A stretch of 4,017 nucleotides of DNA from a virus (lineage: Duplodnaviria > Heunggongvirae > Uroviricota > Caudoviricetes): the IMG/VR virus record IMGVR_UViG_2713896779_000018; one strand, written 5' to 3'. The stretch's first letter is position 1. Every line of letters starts with the position of its first letter. The notes beneath the pieces were generated by a model. The model did not search any database. It saw only the letters and a list, made by a program, of their open reading frames with translations, and was not told where the DNA came from. The position numbers and the translations under genes are program-made. Below, in pieces: positions 1 through 4,017 of this stretch.

Positions 1-467
1 CACCAGCACAGTTCCGGCATTGTCACAACGTGACTGTCATCAAAACCGAGATCCCGACGCACGACAGACAACACCCAGCGGGCACAGTTATCCGTTGCCA
101 TTGACTCCAGCCGTTCCGTGAACTGATCACGCAGCTGGTTATCGCAGTGCCAGCACAGACGGATTGCGCCCGGCGCGTGTCGCATTGTGGTCATGTTCTC
201 GCTGTGCCAGTCGGAATGAGGCCACTGACAGCCCTTTTCACGAAGTAACCAGCTTTCAAGGCATTCCACGCCACCAGCACGACGGATCACTGCCTCATTG
301 CGGAACACGGCCCGAACGACAGGATCATCCGCCAGCGGTTGTGATGCCGCCGGAACGGCACCACTGGCGAAAGATGAATAACGTTCCGGCTCAGGCTCCA
401 GCAGGACACGCCCCTGCATAAACAGGGGCATCAGCTCTGAACCTGGCCTGAACAACACGATCCCCAT
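1..467 (-). CDS. hypothetical phage protein, 3'-truncated by window start (Cys/His-containing; function unknown)
   Basis: Hand translation of the minus strand from ATG at 467..465 is open to position 1 (>150 codons): MGIVLFRPGSELMPLFMQGRV...CQWPHSDWHSENMTTMRHAPGAIRLCWHCDNQLRDQF...SHVVTMPELCW. Not in the ORF track, presumably because no stop lies in the window. Alternative starts: TTG 503..501 (GAGG about 7 nt upstream, overlapping the upstream TGA), ATG 431..429, ATG 419..417. It sits downstream of the RusA/KilA-N genes, where lambdoid phages often carry the late antiterminator Q, but I do not recognise the sequence as any Q family. Confidence 0.5.
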   Translation of the reverse strand, partial: MGIVLFRPGSELMPLFMQGRVLLEPEPERYSSFASGAVPAASQPLADDPVVRAVFRNEAVIRRAGGVECLESWLLREKGCQWPHSDWHSENMTTMRHAPGAIRLCWHCDNQLRDQFTERLESMATDNCARWVLSVVRRDLGFDDSHVVTMPELCW

Positions 468-512
468 ACGTGGGGCAATTTCAGGGGTCAGTAGTGCTCT
501 CAACGTAGAACC

Positions 513-1028
513 TCACAGCACAATCTGTTTCAGTTTCTGTACCGCTTTCCCCATATCCGCCATAGCATCAACAAACTCATCAAATTTACGACTTGCCATT
601 CCATACGCCTGGAGGATTTCCAGTCTCAGAGGATCCAGTTGCTTTTTAATTTCCGCACGATCATTAAATTTCTTCTCTGCTTCTTCCGCAGCCCTGATCA
701 GCTCCTCAGCATGCCTGCGTAATTCATCCGGAGTAACGGTCTTTTTAATCACAACGGGTTCCTCTGTTTTTACTGGTATTTCACTATTTACTGCCTGATG
801 TCCAAATTTAGGATGATGTAACGTTGTAGTTCTTCCATCATTCGCAACGACCAGAAGTCCACTGTCGCGGATAATGCCAATGAGTATCTCCTTATCCCTT
901 TTATTCAGCAGACTGTACGCCTGCACTTTCTGTGATATCTGGGTCAGTGTTGCGCCTTCCGGCATTCGTTCAACAAAACGTTTAACCCTGGATAAAACTG
1001 GCTGCAGATGGGGTGGTGTAATTCTCAT
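513..1028 (-). CDS. hypothetical phage protein (171 aa; possible winged-helix N-terminus, charged helical C-terminus)
   Basis: Complete ORF from the track, ATG at 1028..1026, TGA at 515..513. A GGGAGG Shine-Dalgarno lies 8 nt upstream of the ATG. The sequence is visibly more AT-rich than its neighbours. C-terminal part is rich in E/K/R/A (AEELIRAAEEAEKKFNDRAEIKKQLDPLRLEIL). No family recognised with confidence. Confidence 0.7.
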   Translation of the reverse strand: MRITPPHLQPVLSRVKRFVERMPEGATLTQISQKVQAYSLLNKRDKEILIGIIRDSGLLVVANDGRTTTLHHPKFGHQAVNSEIPVKTEEPVVIKKTVTPDELRRHAEELIRAAEEAEKKFNDRAEIKKQLDPLRLEILQAYGMASRKFDEFVDAMADMGKAVQKLKQIVL

Positions 1029-1036
1029 GCTCCACG

Positions 1037-1042
1037 CCTCCC
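1037..1042 (-). promoter_or_regulatory. Shine-Dalgarno (GGGAGG on minus strand) for the 513..1028 gene
   Basis: Plus-strand cctccc at 1037..1042 is GGGAGG on the minus strand, 8 nt upstream of ATG 1028..1026, within the 15-nt spacer after the KilA-N stop (TGA 1046..1044). Confidence 0.6.
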
Positions 1043-1043
1043 A

Positions 1044-1838
1044 TCAGTGAACGGTATCGAGCAGCTTTAACAGCTCAGGGAATCGGGATTCGAAGAAATG
1101 CGGCTGCGTCTCGCGCGGATTTGCAGGACTGGTGATGTTCTTGCCGAACATGCAGCCTTTCGCCGTCAGCGACCAGAATTTTTTGATGTTGTTAATCGCG
1201 GTACGGCTGTATCGTTCGCGTTGTTCAACGATCCCCAGCTTCGCCATCTGGTGATATGCCTGATTAGCCGTCAGGCGGATACCATATTGCTTCAGCAGTG
1301 CACTCAGCGACAGCGTGGGGCGACTTGAGCCATCAGGCGCGTCAGCAGGAGCATCAATGGCATAGCGCGGTGCCAGATTCGGTAAGCCAACAGCCTCCTG
1401 GAGTTTCTGACAGGCACCAAGCACAGATGAGTTAGACAGGTTTAACTCCCGACGCATAAAGTCCAGCAGAATCACACCAGCCTGCATCTTGTCAGCAGCC
1501 TGCCCGGATAATTTTTCCGGTGCGCTGGTTACCATGTCGAAAGTACGGATCACCTTCAGATGGAATGACGGGCTGATCCACATTGCATAGGCATACACCA
1601 GTTCCTTACAGACATACGTTCCCCGTTCATTTCCCCCATGAATCACACTCACCGGGTCAACACCCAAATTCTGGGTGTTGGTCAATTCATGAACAAGCTC
1701 AACAGTTTGTTGGCTGGAAAGAAACTTTCCTGGCTCCTTGGTTCTGGCATTTGCACCAGATGCTACTGCTGCGCGATGCAGATCGTTCAGGCTGTAACGC
1801 CCATAAGCATCACGACGAACTTCAATACCATCAATGAC
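1044..1838 (-). CDS. KilA-N domain protein (Roi/antirepressor-like DNA-binding protein), 5' end hidden in the N run
   Basis: The track lists 1044..1685 from a TTG, but hand translation shows the same frame stays open upstream to the N run at 1839: ...VIDGIEVRRDAYGRYSLNDLHRAAVASGANARTKEPGKFLSSQQTVELVHELTNTQNLGVDPVSVIHGGNERGTYVCKELVYAYAMWISPSFHLKVIRTFD... This pattern (small N-terminal beta segment, GxYxLNDLHxAA, a K/R-P-x-x-F-L stretch, then a hydrophobic C-terminal helix ending AMWISPxF) is typical of KilA-N domains. The frame has a stop at 1917..1919 and no start codon between the N run and that stop, so the true start must lie within 1839..1888. Confidence 0.8.
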   Translation of the reverse strand, partial: VIDGIEVRRDAYGRYSLNDLHRAAVASGANARTKEPGKFLSSQQTVELVHELTNTQNLGVDPVSVIHGGNERGTYVCKELVYAYAMWISPSFHLKVIRTFDMVTSAPEKLSGQAADKMQAGVILLDFMRRELNLSNSSVLGACQKLQEAVGLPNLAPRYAIDAPADAPDGSSRPTLSLSALLKQYGIRLTANQAYHQMAKLGIVEQRERYSRTAINNIKKFWSLTAKGCMFGKNITSPANPRETQPHFFESRFPELLKLLDTVH

Positions 1839-2211
1839 NNNNNNNNNNNNNNNNNNNNNNNNNNNNNNNNNNNNNNNNNNNNNNNNNNACCGGTCCCCAC
1901 TCCACCAGCATTCTTTTCACCTGGCTGTCGTCTTCCCACACACCCGCGTGTGTCAGGGCGTCAAACAGTGCCTTGTTATAGTTGTCCAGATCGCGGATCC
2001 TGTTATCAGGAGGAAACAACACGATCTCCACTGAAGCAGGTGCCGACGTTGGTTTTGGCAGACGACGTAACTGCTCAACTATTGCTGCACACGCCGCGCT
2101 CTGAAATTTTCGCCCCGCCGCGCTTATCAGGCTCTTACCAGCAAATGCCCCTTTGTTGGGGTGTCGCCAGTACGTGTTCACGCTGGGCGGGAAAGGCAGG
2201 ATCAGCTTCAT
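1831..2211 (-). CDS. rusA: crossover junction endodeoxyribonuclease RusA (Holliday junction resolvase), 3' portion masked by N
   Basis: ATG at 2211..2209. Translation MKLILPFPPSVNTYWRH...PPDNRIRDLDNYNKALFDALTHAGVWEDDSQVKRMLVEWGP aligns with E. coli RusA (ITLPWPPSNNRYYRH ... [31 protein letters not shown]), including the acidic catalytic residues (DLDN, DD). If the N run is exact length, the frame ends at TGA 1833..1831, giving about 126 aa (RusA is about 120 aa). Confidence 0.85.
   Translation of the reverse strand: MKLILPFPPSVNTYWRHPNKGAFAGKSLISAAGRKFQSAACAAIVEQLRRLPKPTSAPASVEIVLFPPDNRIRDLDNYNKALFDALTHAGVWEDDSQVKRMLVEWGPXXXXXXXXXXXXXXXXXXH
1839..1888. other. run of 50 N (masked or unresolved sequence)
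   Basis: Directly visible. Covers the RusA 3' end and the KilA-N start; reading frames on both sides are consistent with a 50-nt span. Confidence 0.95.
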
Positions 2212-2534
2212 ACTTTCAGGCCTCTCTCATGTAACCAGTGAGTTGCACGCAGCCTTGCGTTTTCCTCACCGGCAAGCAGTGAGCGGATAATCCCGACCGC
2301 TTCGCTGTCGTCGTCCTTCACTGCGGTATGAAGCGTGATCCCCCGGGCCACACCACGCTTTATCGTGATGACGCCTTTTTTCTCCAGTGCGCGAAGATGC
2401 TCCACCGCTGCATTCACTGAACGGTATCCCAGCATGGTTGCCACCTCCTGATTGGTTGGCGGGAAGCCACGTTCTTTCTGATAAGAAATCAGCATATCCA
2501 GCACCTGCTGCTGGCATTGAGTTAACGTCGTCAT
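2208..2534 (-). CDS. LexA N-terminal DNA-binding-domain protein (LexA-like winged HTH, no S24 peptidase domain), 108 aa
   Basis: ATG at 2534..2532, TGA at 2210..2208. LTQCQQQVLDMLISYQKERGFPPTNQEVATMLGYRSVNAAVEHLRALEKKGVITIKRGVARGITL is closely parallel to E. coli LexA residues ~4-68 ([65 protein letters not shown]). The tail VGIIRSLLAGEENARL resembles the LexA hinge and cleavage region (VGRVAAGEPLL), but the protein stops about 20 residues later, so there is no room for the Ser/Lys peptidase domain. ATGA overlaps with both neighbouring genes. Confidence 0.85.
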   Translation of the reverse strand: MTTLTQCQQQVLDMLISYQKERGFPPTNQEVATMLGYRSVNAAVEHLRALEKKGVITIKRGVARGITLHTAVKDDDSEAVGIIRSLLAGEENARLRATHWLHERGLKV

Positions 2535-3184
2535 GCCGCCATCTCCCTGACCAGTTTTTCTGCCTGCTGGCGAACCTGCGCCAGAAAGGCCTCACCACAT
2601 GCCTCAAGTTCATCGCGCCCGATGTAGCTGATTGCCGGTCCCTTCCAGGTCTTGTCGAAAACAGCAATAGCACCAGCGAAGAAAGCGCCTGTCGGTACCT
2701 GCTTCTCGTCTTTCGGGATAAACCAGGCAGGCAGTTCAAAACCAATACGCCCTCGAATAAAAGCAATATGGTCCGCATCTTCCGGCCACCACACTTCGCT
2801 GGTGGCAGCTTTGATCAGGAAAACATAGCGCCCCCCCTTATCACGCATGGCACTGGCATGTTTCATGATGTAACGCATGCCGGTGATGTATTGCCCCTCA
2901 TGCTGACTGGCGCGGCTGTATGGGGGATTACCAAAGGCAGCCCCTTTAAGCTCCGCAAGACGTTCTGACCAGTCATGCGCCAGCGCGTTGTCTTCCGCCG
3001 TGTAATACGCAGCACATTTGGCGTTATCACCGTCAGTGAACAGATCCAGAACAAACGGGCCAAACAGGGTGTTAATTCCCCAGAAAATGTTGTCCGGCGT
3101 GCGCCACTGATCGCCCACTTCCTTCAGTTCATGGGCTGGTTTGTTCCGCAGTTCCACCAGCGCCTGGCAATATTTATTACTCAT
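2531..3184 (-). CDS. phage-type DNA N6-adenine methyltransferase (Dam-like, orphan)
   Basis: ATG at 3184..3182 preceded by GTGGGGG; the track's longer version starts at GTG 3217. Stop TGA 2533..2531. Contains the N6-adenine methyltransferase catalytic motif NPPY (AAFGNPPYS) and an N-proximal DQWRTPDNIF (WxTP) motif characteristic of the phage Dam family. No restriction endonuclease partner is visible in the window. Confidence 0.9.
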   Translation of the reverse strand: MSNKYCQALVELRNKPAHELKEVGDQWRTPDNIFWGINTLFGPFVLDLFTDGDNAKCAAYYTAEDNALAHDWSERLAELKGAAFGNPPYSRASQHEGQYITGMRYIMKHASAMRDKGGRYVFLIKAATSEVWWPEDADHIAFIRGRIGFELPAWFIPKDEKQVPTGAFFAGAIAVFDKTWKGPAISYIGRDELEACGEAFLAQVRQQAEKLVREMAA

Positions 3185-3551
3185 TAAGCCCCCACGAAAT
3201 TCCCTGACAGATACCACTCTTCACCCGATGCAGCGCGCTTGCTGCTTTTCCGTAAGCACNNNNNNNNNNNNNNNNNNNNNNNNNNNNNNNNNNNNNNNNN
3301 NNNNNNNNNCGCACAGGTCTGGTTTCACGAACTGGTTGTGGTTCCGGCTCCTGCGCTCTCTCAGTCAGGCGCGGGAAATGTCTGCGTGTATCTCCTTCAC
3401 AACGGTGAGCCACACGCCCACTCTGACGTAACTTGCTTGCTGACTGCAGAACGCGCTGTCGTGAGTAACCTGCAAAAGCATCCGCAATGTCTCCGGAAGT
3501 ACAGCCCGGATGGGCTTCAATGAATTTCTGAACTTCATTCAAAAGACTCAT
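3177..3551 (-). CDS. hypothetical small phage protein (possible HTH), interrupted by N run
   Basis: ATG at 3551..3549 with AGGGGG Shine-Dalgarno 5 nt upstream; the sequence reads TGATCATG with the upstream gene's stop. N-terminus MSLLNEVQKFIEAHPGCTSGDIADAFAGYSRQRVLQSASKLRQSG. About 80 codons before the N run and 27 after (AYGKAASALHRVKSGICQGISWGLNE*), in the same frame if the run is exactly 50 nt. Stop TAA 3179..3177 overlaps the methyltransferase start by 8 nt. Could be one gene or two. Confidence 0.55.
   Translation of the reverse strand: MSLLNEVQKFIEAHPGCTSGDIADAFAGYSRQRVLQSASKLRQSGRVAHRCEGDTRRHFPRLTERAQEPEPQPVRETRPVXXXXXXXXXXXXXXXXXXAYGKAASALHRVKSGICQGISWGLNE
3260..3309. other. run of 50 N (masked or unresolved sequence)
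   Basis: Directly visible; lies inside the 3177..3551 ORF. Confidence 0.95.
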
Positions 3552-3553
3552 GA

Positions 3554-4017
3554 TCACCCCCTGAATCCTGCCGGGATCTGGCTGTAGTCCACGTTGTCGT
3601 AACTGGCTTTGAAGTACGGGTCCTCGCGTCTGGCTGCAGATACCGCAGGAACTTCCCAGGATTCTTCGAAATGACGATCCGGACCAAAGAACGTGACAGC
3701 CTGTTTCACAAATTGTGTGCCGCTGTTACCCATCGCAGATACCCAGCCCGCGTAGCGTTTCACACCTTCCAGCATGGTTTCGGGTTTTACCCCCTCATTC
3801 AAACGGGCTTTCCAGGCTTTGAAGGCTGCAGATTTTGAATTGCCACCAGCACGTTTGGGATATGCCAGCCATGCCTGCTCAAACTCCGGAGAGTATTCCG
3901 GTCGGTTTGAACGAACTCGCACGGACTCATCAACTGATGCACCAACAGCTATTGGTTCATTGACTGGTTCTTTGACTGGTTCAAAAGAGTGACTGGTTCT
4001 GGGTGAATCTCCTGCAC
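3554..4017 (-). CDS. phage replication protein with DnaT-like (primosomal protein I-like) C-terminal domain; 5' end outside window
   Basis: The track ORF 3554..3922 starts at a GTG, but hand translation shows the frame is open to the window end (...AGDSPRTSHSFEPVKEPVNEPIAVGASVDESVRVRSNRPEYSPEFEQAWLAYPKR...). The C-terminus ...YDNVDYSQIPAGFRG* matches the extreme C-terminus of E. coli DnaT (...VSEPDSQIPPGFRG), and the preceding region shares the spaced aromatic/hydrophobic pattern (F..YP....F...A.W). Stop TGA 3556..3554. Confidence 0.75.
   Translation of the reverse strand, partial: AGDSPRTSHSFEPVKEPVNEPIAVGASVDESVRVRSNRPEYSPEFEQAWLAYPKRAGGNSKSAAFKAWKARLNEGVKPETMLEGVKRYAGWVSAMGNSGTQFVKQAVTFFGPDRHFEESWEVPAVSAARREDPYFKASYDNVDYSQIPAGFRG
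3951..3999. repeat. three exact direct copies of TGACTGGTTC (plus one degenerate copy) inside the replication gene
   Basis: Exact copies at 3961..3970, 3973..3982 and 3990..3999, with a partial copy (ttggttca) at about 3952..3959. Copies 1 and 2 encode the same peptide (EPV) but copy 3 is in a different reading frame. Confidence 0.6.

Noticed and set aside
21-38. Short inverted repeat GTCAC-N3-GTGAC
   Set aside because: Five-bp arms inside coding sequence, expected by chance at this length, with no flanking promoter-like context.
164-421. Plus-strand 85-aa ORF
   Set aside because: Arg/Pro/His-rich and antisense to the longer open minus-strand frame that continues to the window start.
1-467. 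Terminal ORF as a lambda-type Ser/Thr phosphatase
   Set aside because: Only a short VECLE match; the diagnostic GDxHG, GDxVDRG and GNHE motifs are absent.
468-512. Possible terminator or G-rich structure between the 513..1028 gene and the terminal ORF
   Set aside because: The two G4 tracts (ggggcaatttcagggg) are direct, not inverted, so no stem-loop forms, and there is no U-tract on the transcribed strand.
1638-2234. Plus-strand 198-aa ORF (and neighbours 1583..1837, 1834..2034, 1098..1328)
   Set aside because: They run antisense to the recognisable RusA and KilA-N genes, span the N run, and have no motif or ribosome-binding support.
2266-2778. Minus-strand 170-aa ORF in an alternative frame
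   Set aside because: Same strand but out of frame with the LexA-like and methyltransferase genes; Arg/Ser/Gly-rich low-complexity translation typical of an off-frame read through coding DNA.
2387-2968. Plus-strand 193-aa ORF
   Set aside because: Antisense to the methyltransferase and LexA-like genes, which carry clear family motifs; an opposite-strand shadow frame is the simpler explanation.
2863-3523. Short ORFs 2863..3063 (-), 2975..3187 (+), 3141..3431 (+), 3239..3523 (+)
   Set aside because: All overlap stronger gene models in other frames or on the other strand, some cross the N run, and none shows a recognisable motif.
3774-3992. Plus-strand 72-aa ORF
   Set aside because: Antisense to the DnaT-like replication gene, whose C-terminus matches DnaT.
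1-4017. SOS box (CTGT-N8-ACAG) that might be bound by the LexA-like protein
   Set aside because: A manual scan of CTGT occurrences found no full match; the nearest is CTGT-N8-GCAG at about 3723..3738, inside coding sequence. An incomplete manual scan cannot exclude a degenerate site.

Overview
All credible coding capacity in this 4,017-bp window is on the minus strand, in one tightly packed, largely translationally coupled gene string that reads like the replication-to-nin accessory region of a lambdoid enterobacterial prophage. In transcription order (high to low coordinates): a DnaT-like replication protein C-terminus (3554..>4017), a small hypothetical protein (3177..3551), a phage-type N6-adenine DNA methyltransferase (2531..3184), a LexA N-terminal-domain-only protein (2208..2534), the Holliday-junction resolvase RusA (1831..2211), a KilA-N domain protein (1044..>1838), an AT-richer hypothetical gene (513..1028), and a Cys/His-containing ORF running off the window start (<1..467). 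Two runs of exactly 50 N (1839..1888, 3260..3309) hide a gene junction and part of a gene. No tRNA, rRNA, CRISPR array, transposase or convincing terminator was seen. All identifications rest on my reading of the translated ORFs and recalled family motifs; no database search was run. The most interesting items are the LexA-DBD-only protein sitting between the methyltransferase and RusA, and frame-independent 10-bp direct repeats inside the replication gene at the window edge.
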